Positions 27,447-37,912 of a stretch of DNA of 64,000 nucleotides are shown one piece after another. Made by a program: the position numbers and the translations under genes. This stretch comes from Pseudomonadota bacterium (lineage in GTDB: Bacteria > Myxococcota_A > UBA9160 > JADFDR01). Where the stretch lies: contig PIVT01000015.1 of the NCBI GenBank assembly GCA_003353845.1, positions 689-64,688 of the forward strand, written 5' to 3'. Numbering within the stretch: the first letter of the stretch is position 1; each line of letters starts with the position of its first letter. The notes beneath the pieces are model-generated. The model was not told the DNA's origin. It did no database searches and was given only the letters and a program-made list of their open reading frames with translations.

Positions 27447-27600
27447 ATTGAATCCGATTCTTGTGGAGATTCAACGCACAACACGCCTCGCACGCCCCCG
27501 GGGGCCAGTCTTTTCACCTTTCGCGCATCCATCCGATCCCAGTGCCGCCGACGAAAAGGCTATCGCTTAAATGGTAACACCTGAAGCCTACACGCTCGCA

Positions 27601-30600
27601 TCAGGCGCGCTGCAACCCGATCTCCAAGGTTTCGCCTTCGATATTGACTTCTTGAAGGCTGGCTTCGGCAGGCCCCTGCTCATACAGGACGACTTTCGTC
27701 GCCAGACACTCGCGTTTGAGCTCTTCGAGGTTGGCCGAGACCACCTCCAAGATGCGGCTGCTCCCCGTTAGAAACAGCTCAATGCGATCGGTGTATTCCA
27801 GATCCAGTTCCTTGCGATAGGTCTGCACGCGATTGAGAACTTCTCGGAACAGTCCTTCTTCGATGAGCGCGGGGGTGAGCTCCGTGTGCAACACGACAAC
27901 CCCCGCAACACCGCTGGCAGCGGCAAAGCCCTCACGCGCCTCCAAACTCACCGCCATTTCTTCAGCGGAAAGCGCAAAGCTCTCCCCTTCCACGTCGAGA
28001 TGAATGCATTGCTGTTCCTGCAACTCGTGCAGAAGGGATGCACCATCGGCATCGGCCAATACCGCTTTGAGCGATTTCATTTTCTTACCCACGCGTGGAC
28101 CCAAGGCGCGGAAGTTGGGTTTCACCTGGTAGGTCACAAACTCGTCGGCGTTCTCTGTGAAATGAACTTCGTGCACGTTCAATTCTTCGTTCATGAGTTC
28201 CAAGTGCTTTGCAATGGCAGCCCGCTGGCCATTGTCGGCCAGAATAATCTCCGCCGTTTGCAAGGGCTGACGGACACGCAATTTCTGCGCCGTCCTCACT
28301 TGTAAGCCCAAGGACACCAACTCGCGTACGACTCCCATCTCCTTGGACAATTCCTCATCGATCAAGTTCTGATCGAGTGCGGGGTAATCAGTGCAGTGAA
28401 CGCTCACTTCATCTTCGGGTCCGCGCAAATTGCGCCACATCTCGTCAGTGGCGAAGGGCAGGAACGGTGCGAGCAACTTCGCCAAGCTCGTCAGGCACTG
28501 ATACAGGGTCCAATAAACAGCGCCCTTGTCGGCAAAATGTTCTTCGTCACTGGGCAACCAGAAACGCGCGCGACTCCTGCGTACGTACCAATTAGAAAGT
28601 GCATCTACAAAATCAGACAGCGCCTGCGTCGACTCGTAAATCAAGAATTGGTCCATACGCGTGCGCACTTCTTGAATGGTCAAAGCCAACTCGGAGAGAA
28701 TCCAGCGGTCGAGCAATGCGCGTTCGCCAAGCGGCGGCGGACCCGCCTCGGCGAAGGGGCCCGCATTGGGATTAAAACCGTCGATTTCGGCGTAGATGCT
28801 GAAGAAGGAATAGACGTTCCGCAGCTTGAGGGGCAGTTCGCGCTGCAACTCGCGCACCGCTCGCAGAGAAAAGCGCGTGCCATTCCAAGGGGGATTGGAG
28901 GCGTAAAAGAACCAGCGCACAGCATCAGCACCCGGTGCTGGCATACTGGGATCTTCCACCATCACCTGAAACCGATCTTCCAACTGCGGCACTTCCACGG
29001 GGCGTGTACTCAAGCCACTCGGCGCCAACTCTGCACCCAGGGTTTTTCGATCCGCCTCTGACAAGGCAACGACGCGGCGCGGCATCTTGGCCGGAATCAA
29101 TGTCAGCGTGAGCGCGTTCTCCGGGCTTTCGCCACGATACACCTGTACCTGCGCGTTCTCCCCGCGAAAGTCCAAGCCTTCGTAATCTTCTCGCGCAATC
29201 CTGGCTTGACCCAGCTCCACCGCGGCATCGCCCTCTCCGTCGACCACGGCAAAGCCCATACGCACGCAATCCAAAATGACTTCGGGCGAGGTGTAGTTCC
29301 CCTTGCTCTTACTCTCTTTTTTTCCGTGTCGATCCTGAACATGGCCCAACACGAGGCAGGTCTGATAAGGATGAGGCTCTGTTCGACCCGGGTTGAGCAG
29401 GCTGGAGACCATGAGCTGGGAATAAAACCAACCGCGCGTTTGATCAATGGCCTCGCTGATGAAATCAGCGGGGAAGTTAGCCTTGTACTGCTCTTCACCC
29501 TGATGTGGATAACCCCATTGAGCAAAGGGCATGCAGCCCGAATCAAACCAGCAATCAATCACTTCGGAAACGCGTCTGTAGGTTCCTTCTTCACCGGGCT
29601 TCTGCCAGGTCACCTCATCGATCCAAGGTTTGTGCACGCGCAAGTCCGGGCACAGGTCGGGGTCTTCTACCAAGGCTTTGTCGAATACCTCAAAGGCCTT
29701 GGGATTGCGCTCGAGGATCTGCGCCACTGAAGCGGGAGCATCCATGGCGCCCGTGACATCGTTGATCCAGATATTGAGCGGCGTTCCCCAAAAACGCTCG
29801 CGCGACAAGGCCCAGTCCTGGTTATTGGCCAGGAAATCTCCAAAGCGGCCATTCTTGATGTGCTCGGGCAACCAATTGATCTTCTGATTGATGGCAATGG
29901 CTTCGTCAATTTTATCCGTGGTGCGGATGTACCAGGCGGGGCGCGCGTATTGAATCAGGGGATCCTTGTCCGAACGCACGCAGAAAGGATAGTCGTGGCG
30001 CACGCGCTCCAGGTGCCAGCATAAATCATCCTCTTTCAAATCGCGCGACAGATCGCTGTCGGCCTGCTTCACCCAACGGCCAGCGTATTTTTCAGGCGCG
30101 ATTTCGGGATCGTATCCACCGTCGGGCAGTACCGCGTTGAGAAGGGGAATACTGGGGTCTTGCTGCTGCAACTTCTGTAGTTGTGCAAAGTCCTCTTCAC
30201 CAAAAGCGGGAGCAATGTGCACAATTCCCGTACCGGAACTCACTTCCACAAAATCGGCGTCGATGACTTTCCACAACGCATCATGGGCTTCGCGCTTGGC
30301 AAACCAATCAAAAGGCGGCTCATAGGCACGCCCCACCAAGTCGGTTCCCGGGAAGCTGCGTTGCACCGTAAGGTCTCGGCCCACTTTTTCCGCCAGGCTC
30401 TCCACCAATTCCTCAGCCATGATCAAGCTTCGCGCGGGCACGCCCTCGTCATCACCGGGATCCTCTACCTCGACATAGGTGATGGAACCTTTGACCGCCG
30501 CAAAACTATTGGAAGACAGCGTCCATGGCGTCGTCGTCCACACCAGAAGCGAAGCCGAACTCAGCCCTCCCCCTTCTTCCAAGAGTGGAAAGCAAACGTA

Positions 30601-31230
30601 GATGGAAGGGTCGTCGACTTCCTTGTAGCCCTCGCCCACTTCGGCCTGGGAAAGTGCCGTGCCGCCCCGGGCCCACCACCACACCACTTTATGGCCTCGA
30701 TACAGCAAGTCTTTCTTGAACAACTCCGAAAGAGCCCACCACACGCTCTGCACATAGCTCTCGTGGTAGGTGACATAGGCGTTTTCCAGATCAACCCAGA
30801 AGCCCAGGTCTTCGGTCAACTTTTCCCATTCTGTGGTGTACTGGAAGACACTCTTCTGGCACAGCTTGATGAAAGGCTCGATACCGTAATCTTCGATGGC
30901 TTGCTTGCCACGAATGCGCAGTTGCTTTTCGACCTCGATTTCCACAGGCAAGCCATGGGTATCCCAGCCCGCCTTGCGCGGCGCGTAATATCCACACATG
31001 GTCTTATAACGGGGGAATAGATCCTTGATAACACGTGTTAGTACGTGACCGTTGTGCGGCAAGCCATTGGCCGTGGGAGGCCCCTCATAAAAGGTAAACC
31101 GAGGGGAGCCCTCGCGCCGGGCGAGGCTGCGGTGGAAAATATCCTCTTCCTTCCAAAAACGGCGGATTTCCGCCTCTAATTCGGGGAAGGGAATCACTGG
31201 AGCAACTTTGTCAAAACGTGGAGATGTCAT
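27601..31230 (-). CDS. ileS: Isoleucine--tRNA ligase, type-2-like, unusually long at 1209 aa
   Basis: The product has FTFYEGPPTANGLPHNGH (HIGH region), the KMSKS-type loop KESKS and GADAVRWFFY. Confidence 0.95.
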   Translation of the reverse strand: MTSPRFDKVAPVIPFPELEAEIRRFWKEEDIFHRSLARREGSPRFTFYEGPPTANGLPHNGHVLTRVIKDLFPRYKTMCGYYAPRKAGWDTHGLPVEIEVEKQLRIRGKQAIEDYGIEPFIKLCQKSVFQYTTEWEKLTEDLGFWVDLENAYVTYHESYVQSVWWALSELFKKDLLYRGHKVVWWWARGGTALSQAEVGEGYKEVDDPSIYVCFPLLEEGGGLSSASLLVWTTTPWTLSSNSFAAVKGSITYVEVEDPGDDEGVPARSLIMAEELVESLAEKVGRDLTVQRSFPGTDLVGRAYEPPFDWFAKREAHDALWKVIDADFVEVSSGTGIVHIAPAFGEEDFAQLQKLQQQDPSIPLLNAVLPDGGYDPEIAPEKYAGRWVKQADSDLSRDLKEDDLCWHLERVRHDYPFCVRSDKDPLIQYARPAWYIRTTDKIDEAIAINQKINWLPEHIKNGRFGDFLANNQDWALSRERFWGTPLNIWINDVTGAMDAPASVAQILERNPKAFEVFDKALVEDPDLCPDLRVHKPWIDEVTWQKPGEEGTYRRVSEVIDCWFDSGCMPFAQWGYPHQGEEQYKANFPADFISEAIDQTRGWFYSQLMVSSLLNPGRTEPHPYQTCLVLGHVQDRHGKKESKSKGNYTSPEVILDCVRMGFAVVDGEGDAAVELGQARIAREDYEGLDFRGENAQVQVYRGESPENALTLTLIPAKMPRRVVALSEADRKTLGAELAPSGLSTRPVEVPQLEDRFQVMVEDPSMPAPGADAVRWFFYASNPPWNGTRFSLRAVRELQRELPLKLRNVYSFFSIYAEIDGFNPNAGPFAEAGPPPLGERALLDRWILSELALTIQEVRTRMDQFLIYESTQALSDFVDALSNWYVRRSRARFWLPSDEEHFADKGAVYWTLYQCLTSLAKLLAPFLPFATDEMWRNLRGPEDEVSVHCTDYPALDQNLIDEELSKEMGVVRELVSLGLQVRTAQKLRVRQPLQTAEIILADNGQRAAIAKHLELMNEELNVHEVHFTENADEFVTYQVKPNFRALGPRVGKKMKSLKAVLADADGASLLHELQEQQCIHLDVEGESFALSAEEMAVSLEAREGFAAASGVAGVVVLHTELTPALIEEGLFREVLNRVQTYRKELDLEYTDRIELFLTGSSRILEVVSANLEELKRECLATKVVLYEQGPAEASLQEVNIEGETLEIGLQRA

Positions 31231-31446
31231 GGGGTCGAGACTCTACCATTTACCTGCGCCAGCGCGCAGCCCGAAGGAGCGGGGCTTTTACGGATACTTT
31301 AATCCATGGTAACTTGCGCCATCGTCGGCCCGACAGGCAATCCGGGCCGTTCCAGGGCCAAATCACTCTCCCGCAGACACCTCCATTCGTGCGATAATGG
31401 GCCCAAGGAGATATAGAAACGCCAGACCGACAGGACGTGTAACGCT

Positions 31447-33669
31447 GTGACGCAATCCAAGATCCATCGTTCCGAGGATCGAGCTGTAGTCGTACTCTCC
31501 AATCGCCTGCCCTTCGCGATTAAGCGCGGCCCCCAAGGCCTCGAAAAACAGGTCTCGCCCGGGGGACTGGTCTCGGCCTTGGAGCCCGTTTTACGCAAAC
31601 GCGGGGGGACCTGGATCGGCTGGCCGGGCATCTCCCTCAAAACAGGCGAAACCTTGAACGGGAGGGATCTGCCCTACTCGATTCAACCGGTTGCAGTCTC
31701 CGAAGAGGAACTCGAACACTACTACCACGGTTTTTCCAACCGGACCTTGTGGCCCCTGCTCCACTCCTTTTCTCAAAATACCCAATTCGCACCCGAGGAC
31801 TTCAAGGCCTACGAACAAGTAAACCGCCGCTTTGGCGAAACGGCCGCCAAACTGGCCGGCAGCGACGACATGATTTGGATTCACGACTACCACCTCATGC
31901 TGGCTCCCAGCACACTGCGCGCCCGACGGCCCAAGGCCACAATCGCCTTCTTCCTGCATACCCCCTTCCCCTCCTACGACATTTTCCGCCTCTTGCCCTG
32001 GGACCAGGAATTGCTGCAAGGGCTCTTGGACTGCGACCTCATCGGATTCCACATTGAGTCTTACGTGCATAACTTCCTCGACTGTGTGGAGAGGCGCTTG
32101 GGGGCCCACGTTGATCGCCAGCGCAGGTTGGTGCATTACGGTGATCGCACCATCCGTGTCGATGCCTTCCCCATTGGCATCGACTTCGCCCTGTATGAGC
32201 AGGCCGCCACCTTAAAGCCTCTGGTGGTGAAAGCGGTGGACTCCCCTCAGGAGCCCTCTTCCGAACAAATGATCTTGGGTGTGGATCGTCTCGATTACAC
32301 CAAGGGCATTCCCGAGCGCATTCGCGCCTTCGAACATTTTTTGGAGCACTACCCCGAACAGCGCGAGAAGGTCACCCTGCTACAGGTGGCCGTGCCCAGT
32401 CGCTCTGAGGTCTCGGAGTACCAAGAACTCAAACGCGAAATCGACGCGTTGGTGGGGCAAGTGAACGGGCGCTTTGCCACTGCGAGTTGGTCACCCATCC
32501 GTTACCTGTACGGCAGCTTCGAGCGCGAGGAATTAGCGGCACTCTACCGAGAAGCACAGGTTGCCCTGGTGACACCTTTGCGCGACGGCATGAATCTGGT
32601 GGCCAAAGAGTTTGTGGCCTGCCAGGTAGAGGATCCGGGTGTACTGATTCTATCCCGCATGGCTGGCGCCGCCGATACCATGCACGAAGCCCTGCTCGTC
32701 AATCCATACAACTTGGAGGAAACCGCTGCCGCCATTCACCGCGCCCTCAGCATGGAGGAAAACGAGCGAGGCTCGCGCATGGCGGCTTTGCGCTCGCGCG
32801 AGCGCCGAAACAATGTGGAGCGTTGGGTGCGCCGCTTCTTGGAGGCCTCCGCCATTCCGGCATCTGCCCCCGAAGTCCCCTCCCATCACGAATTCCAAAC
32901 TTGGCTAGGACCTTTTCTCCACCAGCATCGATTGGCTCTCTTTGTGGACTACGACGGGACCCTCACCCCCTTGTGCGAGCACCCTGCCAAAGCCACGCTC
33001 TCCGAGGACATGCGGCTGACCTTGCGCAATTGCGCGGCACGCCCCGACACCGATATCACTGTGATCAGCGGCCGAGCCTTGAACGACGTACAAGAGATGG
33101 TGGGCCTGTCCGAGATCACGTATTCGGGGAATCACGGGCTCGAGATCAACGGCGCGCACATACCCCATTTCCAACACGAAGACCTGGACCATTACTCCAG
33201 TCGCACCGTGGAATTGGCGAAGTCCCTTCACGAAATCATCCAAGGCGGTGCCTGGCTCGAAGAGAAGGCTTACACCCTCACCCTCCACGTGCGCGCGATG
33301 CCCCAAGCAGAGCAGGAATCCTTGCTGACCCGCGCCCGTGAAATTATTCACGATGCCGGCTTCCAGGCCCGCGACGCACACTGCGCCTTGGAAGCCCGTC
33401 CGCCCATCGGTTGGGATAAGGGCCGCGCCGTCCTACACATTCTGCGAACGCATTACGGCCCTTCTTGGTCGGAACATGTCCGCGTCATCTACCTGGGCGA
33501 CGACCAGACCGATGAAGACGCCTTCCGTTTCCTGGCAGGCCTGGCCATGACCTTCCGCGTGGGTCCCGCCAACACCTTAACGGCAGCGAGTCGTCGGCTT
33601 CCCAATGTGAGCGCAGTAGAGGCTTTGCTGAACTGGATCGCCAGTCGTCCCGAAGCGGAGTGTTTGTAA
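31447..33669 (+). CDS. otsA: Fused trehalose-6-phosphate synthase (GT20) / trehalose-6-phosphate phosphatase
   Basis: The N-terminal part reads VVLSNRLPF...WIHDYHL...[12 protein letters not shown]. The C-terminal part is a HAD domain with [11 protein letters not shown]. The gene has a GTG start. Confidence 0.9.
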   Translation: MTQSKIHRSEDRAVVVLSNRLPFAIKRGPQGLEKQVSPGGLVSALEPVLRKRGGTWIGWPGISLKTGETLNGRDLPYSIQPVAVSEEELEHYYHGFSNRTLWPLLHSFSQNTQFAPEDFKAYEQVNRRFGETAAKLAGSDDMIWIHDYHLMLAPSTLRARRPKATIAFFLHTPFPSYDIFRLLPWDQELLQGLLDCDLIGFHIESYVHNFLDCVERRLGAHVDRQRRLVHYGDRTIRVDAFPIGIDFALYEQAATLKPLVVKAVDSPQEPSSEQMILGVDRLDYTKGIPERIRAFEHFLEHYPEQREKVTLLQVAVPSRSEVSEYQELKREIDALVGQVNGRFATASWSPIRYLYGSFEREELAALYREAQVALVTPLRDGMNLVAKEFVACQVEDPGVLILSRMAGAADTMHEALLVNPYNLEETAAAIHRALSMEENERGSRMAALRSRERRNNVERWVRRFLEASAIPASAPEVPSHHEFQTWLGPFLHQHRLALFVDYDGTLTPLCEHPAKATLSEDMRLTLRNCAARPDTDITVISGRALNDVQEMVGLSEITYSGNHGLEINGAHIPHFQHEDLDHYSSRTVELAKSLHEIIQGGAWLEEKAYTLTLHVRAMPQAEQESLLTRAREIIHDAGFQARDAHCALEARPPIGWDKGRAVLHILRTHYGPSWSEHVRVIYLGDDQTDEDAFRFLAGLAMTFRVGPANTLTAASRRLPNVSAVEALLNWIASRPEAECL

Positions 33670-33711
33670 ATCAACTGAATCGTGAACTGCGCTGGGGTCC
33701 GTAGCGCGAGT

Positions 33712-34269
33712 TCAGTGAACCCCGGGCAGCACCACCAGCGTCGCCGGATCGATGCCCAAGTCCTTCAACACCCGTTCCCACAGTCGGTCGTCCTGGATTT
33801 CAAAGACACTTTGAGCGTTGACCGGCGCCGTCAGCCAAGCGCCGTGGGCAAGCTCAGCATCGAGTTGGCCCGGCCCCCAACCTGTGTATCCCAGAAAGAG
33901 ACGAAGATTCTTGGGTTGAGTAACGGCCACGCTGCGCAAGGCCTCGATGCTGCTCGTACAATGAACGCCCTGGACCACTTCACTTAACTCGCGATCGAAT
34001 CCGGGCTCAGACACACCCGATACGACCCAGCCCGAATCCGGCTGTACGGGGCCGCCACAGCGGATCTGAAATCCTGGATCCCCGCGCCAGGCCACATCGA
34101 GCGAAGAACAGATTTCGACCGCAATGACATCTGTCGGGCGATTCAACACCAGCCCGAAACTTCCCTCCTCGTTGTGTTCAATCAACAAGATGACGGTCCG
34201 ATGAAAATTCGGATCCTGCAGTTGCGGCATGGCAACCAATAGCGATGGAGCGAGCGGGGTAGGTTTCAC
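33712..34269 (-). CDS. yqgE: YqgE/AlgH family protein
   Basis: The 185-aa product contains DPNFHRTVILLIEHNEEGSFGLVLNRP. Confidence 0.9.
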   Translation of the reverse strand: MKPTPLAPSLLVAMPQLQDPNFHRTVILLIEHNEEGSFGLVLNRPTDVIAVEICSSLDVAWRGDPGFQIRCGGPVQPDSGWVVSGVSEPGFDRELSEVVQGVHCTSSIEALRSVAVTQPKNLRLFLGYTGWGPGQLDAELAHGAWLTAPVNAQSVFEIQDDRLWERVLKDLGIDPATLVVLPGVH

Positions 34270-34363
34270 CCCTCTACACTAGCAAGAGCCCCGTGGCGAG
34301 GAGGGCGTAAAATCAATTTTTCCTTCATCGAAACCAACTCTTTCGCAGGCAACCAACAGACCC

Positions 34364-35167
34364 ATGACCGATGAATTGAAATACCGATGGATAGGTATAG
34401 GCAGCGCCGCTCTCGCACTGTTCTTATTCGGTCTTCTTCCCTTCGCGTCAGAAAGACTCCTGGGGCACCCGCTGCAACTCCCCCTCAGCAGCCTGATCCT
34501 ACAAACCTTCTTCGTCGCCCTGAGCTGCAGCTTGGCCAGCGCCTCCAAACACCCGCTACCCGTGCGCTTGGGCCTGATCAAACCAACAATCTCTAAGTGG
34601 CAATGGGTATTTCTCATCCTCGGCATGCTCGGCCTGAGCCAATCCCTCGATGCTGTCATCCAACTGGGAGACTGGGGCGATCAAGGCAGTCTGGGTCTCT
34701 TCCAACAAGTCATGCACGGTTTGCGGGGCTGGAATTTGACCCTCGCCGTTTTGGGTTTGGGGTTGGCTCCCGCCCTGGGAGAAGAGTTCCTGTTTCGCGG
34801 CCTGCTCCTGCGCGGGCTCGTGGGGAAATTGGGAGCCATGGGAGCCTTGCTCGTTTCCGCCCTGTTCTTTGGCCTGGTTCATTTCGATCCCGTCCACTCT
34901 GTGGCTGCGACGCTGATCGGTCTCTATCTGGGGGTCGCCTTCCTGCGCACAGGCAGCCTGCTACCCGGGATCATCTGCCACGCGATAAACAATGTAATTG
35001 CCGTGATCTCCAGCGCTTTCATCAGCCAGTCCGCCCCTTTACCCCATTGGCAACTTCCCTTGGGGTGCGCGGCCCTGGTTCTCGGGCTCGTTTCCACCCT
35101 TCGCATTTCGCCCCATAGTTTCTACAGAGAGGACCCTTGCAAACCGATTAAAACAAGAGAGGGCTAA
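34364..35167 (+). CDS. CPBP-family intramembrane glutamic endopeptidase (CAAX protease-like)
   Basis: The motifs EEFLFRG, FGLVH and HAINN sit in a multi-transmembrane protein. Confidence 0.85.
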   Translation: MTDELKYRWIGIGSAALALFLFGLLPFASERLLGHPLQLPLSSLILQTFFVALSCSLASASKHPLPVRLGLIKPTISKWQWVFLILGMLGLSQSLDAVIQLGDWGDQGSLGLFQQVMHGLRGWNLTLAVLGLGLAPALGEEFLFRGLLLRGLVGKLGAMGALLVSALFFGLVHFDPVHSVAATLIGLYLGVAFLRTGSLLPGIICHAINNVIAVISSAFISQSAPLPHWQLPLGCAALVLGLVSTLRISPHSFYREDPCKPIKTREG

Positions 35168-35186
35168 CCACTACCCCACTCATTGA

Positions 35187-36374
35187 TTGGACTCGGCAAG
35201 CATGAAAACGGAGCCCAGCGTACTGCTCTTGGATGATGGTGAACTCGACCCCGTCCAGAGTCTGCTCGAAGAACTCGGCTGCAGCTTTGTCCGCGTTCGC
35301 GGGGGCGGCTTGGATGAAGAACCTCCTTGTCCACGCGAACTCATCATCGCGACAGCCCGACGCGCCATCGCTCAACTGCGCTCTATCGAGGAACTCGAAG
35401 ACGAATTCGAGGCCACTTCGGATGCCAAGCCGGAATGGATGCCCACCCGCATCGCCGTGGTGAGCGAAGATTCCTGGCAATTGCGCGCCCAGCTGCGCCT
35501 ATTGGGCTTTGACTTCCTGGTGCGCTTGCCCATTCATCCCGAGGCCCTGCGCGTTCTCCTCTTGCGCACACTGAGCCAAGGACCTGATCGACGCCGCTCT
35601 GCGCGTTTTCCCGTCGGTGCCAACGCCAACGTTCAATCTCAAAAGCGCAGCCGCAAGGTGGTCCTGCGCGAGATCTCGCGCCATGGCTGTCAACTCGTCT
35701 CCAGTTCCTCCGATTCCCTGGGCCACCAGGTGCAGCTGGAACTCTCGGCTGAAATCACGCAAGGGGCTCCCATCTGCCTGCCCGGAAACGTCGTGCGGCA
35801 AATCAAAGAGACCGCTGCAGACAAGAGCACTCAGTTTGTCACGGCGCTGGAATTTGATGCACTGCCGGCACCCGGAAAAGAGGGCTTGGAACGCTTGCTC
35901 ACGCATTACAGCAATGGCCTGTCCCATCCCGAGGCCGCTCTTGGCTTGGCGCCGCTGGCCGACGACGGCAAACCCGACGAGGAACAGGAGGAACCCGATG
36001 TCGAGCGACGTTCGACACCGCGGCGAAGCTATGGGCAAGAAGTCTTACACGGACAAGACGCGCAACGGCAAAGCCTCATCGGTAAGGATCTGTCCTTGGG
36101 TGGGATGCGCATCGAGCCCCGCTCGGGACTGGAGCCGGGAGACACTCTGCGCCTGGCCTTTTTTTCTGCGGGCACAGAAGAACCCTTTACCCTTTCCGCG
36201 CGCGTCACCCGTCACGAACCCAATCACGGCACGGCGCTGCAATTCGACCCCATGTCAGCCGAATCGGAGGCCATGCTAGAGCAGCTCATCACAGGGCTGC
36301 CGCCGGTCGAAGCGCTCCAAGATGGCGAAAGCGAAGCCATGGGTGCTGTGCTGGCTGAGATTTTGTCCGACTAG
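35187..36374 (+). CDS. Protein with two PilZ domains and a degenerate receiver-like N-terminus
   Basis: PilZ domain 1 has RRSAR...EISRHG. PilZ domain 2 has RSTPR...DLSLGG. Confidence 0.75.
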   Translation: MDSASMKTEPSVLLLDDGELDPVQSLLEELGCSFVRVRGGGLDEEPPCPRELIIATARRAIAQLRSIEELEDEFEATSDAKPEWMPTRIAVVSEDSWQLRAQLRLLGFDFLVRLPIHPEALRVLLLRTLSQGPDRRRSARFPVGANANVQSQKRSRKVVLREISRHGCQLVSSSSDSLGHQVQLELSAEITQGAPICLPGNVVRQIKETAADKSTQFVTALEFDALPAPGKEGLERLLTHYSNGLSHPEAALGLAPLADDGKPDEEQEEPDVERRSTPRRSYGQEVLHGQDAQRQSLIGKDLSLGGMRIEPRSGLEPGDTLRLAFFSAGTEEPFTLSARVTRHEPNHGTALQFDPMSAESEAMLEQLITGLPPVEALQDGESEAMGAVLAEILSD

Positions 36375-36391
36375 GTTGCGCGAGAAACGGG

Positions 36392-37729
36392 CTAGGAACC
36401 AGACGCTGGCATCCATTTCGTGCCGGAATCACTGCGGCAAACCCCATCACTACAGAAATAGGTTTTGAGTACATCGGCCGCGATTTGCGAGGCCGTCTTC
36501 CACCAAAGCTCGTTTTGAACAACGAGTACGGCAATGGCCACCGTGGGCTCGCTGGCAGGTGCCAAACCCACAAACCACTCGTAGCGACCCGTGGGATTCT
36601 TTCCCGACAAACTCCCGGTTTTGCCTGCCACTTTGACTGAGCCCAATAACGGCCGCCCCCGAACATTGCGAAAGGCTTTGCGGGCCGTCCCCGTCTGCGT
36701 GGTCTCGACCATGAGGGTGCGCAACTCCTCTGCCAGCTCGGGCGTCAGCACCGTGCGCGGAGGTGCGGGCTCCGGCAGAATCAACTCCTGCCCCATCCCA
36801 TCCGTGACCCGCTCAATCCAGTAGGGAGACACTCGTTGCCCCGTGGCCAAGGTCGCGGCCAAACTCACGGCGTGAAGCGGAGTGATCTGGCAACCGGCCA
36901 GGCCGCAGCCAACACGACCCAAGTCGTAATCGTCCTCTCCTAACTGCGCCTGGCCAGGCGCGTGGCCCGGCGCGGGGGATTCCAAAAATCCGAAACGCCC
37001 CATGGCGTCCAACAAGTTTTCTCTACCCAAGGTGCCCACGGCGTATTGAGCGAAGCATTGATTATTTGAAGTGGCCAAGGCGCGTCGGAAACTCACCTCA
37101 TTACCGCCCTTGGGCGGCTTCACGCGGGAGGCCGTCAAGCGATAGGGGCTCCCGCGATAACGGCAGATTTCTTTGGCCTTTTCCGGTGCATGGTGCAAGG
37201 TGGCCGCGGCGGTCACCACTTTCATCAACGAAGCTGCGGGATAGACCCGGGTCGGAGAGAACTGCACCTCATCGGTGGAGACATAAGCGAGCAATCGGCC
37301 TGTTTTGGGATCCATGACCACCACATGACCCAGGCGGACGCGGCCTTTGGACAGGATGCGGCGCACGCGGCGCATGAGTTCGGCGTCAAAGGTGTATTCG
37401 ATCTGCAGGGGACCTGGAACGCTGGCCTCACCCGCCGGAATTTCAAATTTCTCAAAGAGTTGCACACCGATGACGGAGCTCTGCCCGGCGGCCATCAGCA
37501 CAGGCAAAGGCTCAAGTTCGTCTTTGTTTCCAGGTAGATGGCTCAGGATAAAGCTGGGAACTTCGCGAGAAACCACCGCCCTTTGCAACAACTCGGGCGC
37601 CTTGTGTTCAGGAGCAGGGGGCAAGTAACTAAACAGCGCAATAAGCAACGCCGCGAAGACGGCCGTGATCGTTAACTTGCCTCTTATCAACATTTCAGAT
37701 GAACCACCGCTCCGTTGAAACCTTGGCAT
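36392..37729 (-). CDS. Penicillin-binding transpeptidase-domain protein, membrane anchored
   Basis: The protein has an N-terminal transmembrane segment and the motifs SxxK (SLMK), SxN (SNN) and KTG (KTGS). Confidence 0.8.
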   Translation of the reverse strand: MPRFQRSGGSSEMLIRGKLTITAVFAALLIALFSYLPPAPEHKAPELLQRAVVSREVPSFILSHLPGNKDELEPLPVLMAAGQSSVIGVQLFEKFEIPAGEASVPGPLQIEYTFDAELMRRVRRILSKGRVRLGHVVVMDPKTGRLLAYVSTDEVQFSPTRVYPAASLMKVVTAAATLHHAPEKAKEICRYRGSPYRLTASRVKPPKGGNEVSFRRALATSNNQCFAQYAVGTLGRENLLDAMGRFGFLESPAPGHAPGQAQLGEDDYDLGRVGCGLAGCQITPLHAVSLAATLATGQRVSPYWIERVTDGMGQELILPEPAPPRTVLTPELAEELRTLMVETTQTGTARKAFRNVRGRPLLGSVKVAGKTGSLSGKNPTGRYEWFVGLAPASEPTVAIAVLVVQNELWWKTASQIAADVLKTYFCSDGVCRSDSGTKWMPASGS

Positions 37730-37865
37730 GAGCTTCTACAAGAGATTCCTACAAAATGCACGCCAGCTTGTCTCCAAGATCGAAGAACAGTGTTTTCTTC
37801 ACCCGAATGAATAACCCGAAATCTGGCCATCAGCGCCAAGCTGAACAAATAATGAGAGCAAACGC

Positions 37866-37880
37866 TGGCATAGCCATTGC
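37866..37880 (+). promoter_or_regulatory. Candidate sigma-54 promoter TGGCAT-N5-TTGC upstream of the response regulator
   Basis: cTGGCATagccaTTGCc. The predicted transcription start near 37892 coincides with an in-frame ATG. Confidence 0.35.
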
Positions 37881-37912
37881 CGAACAATTCAATGACGGTG
37901 TACGGTATAGCA

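Noticed and set aside
30181-31020. A 279-aa ORF lies antisense to ileS.
   Set aside because: It lies entirely within a gene that has unambiguous IleRS motifs, and it has no recognisable domain. It is a typical antisense open frame in GC-rich coding DNA.
31231-31446. I considered a T-box or attenuator leader for ileS in the ileS/otsA divergent spacer.
   Set aside because: I found no T-box consensus (AAUUAGGGUGGUACCGCG-like), no specifier-loop architecture and no terminator/antiterminator pair. T-boxes are also not expected in this lineage.
32487-33341. A 284-aa ORF lies in an alternative + frame inside otsA-otsB.
   Set aside because: It has an Arg/Pro/Gly-rich off-frame composition. The annotated frame carries the GT20 and HAD motifs.
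35617-36279. A 220-aa ORF lies in an alternative frame within the PilZ protein gene.
   Set aside because: It has an Arg/Pro/Ser/Cys-rich off-frame composition, whereas the PilZ motifs define the real frame.
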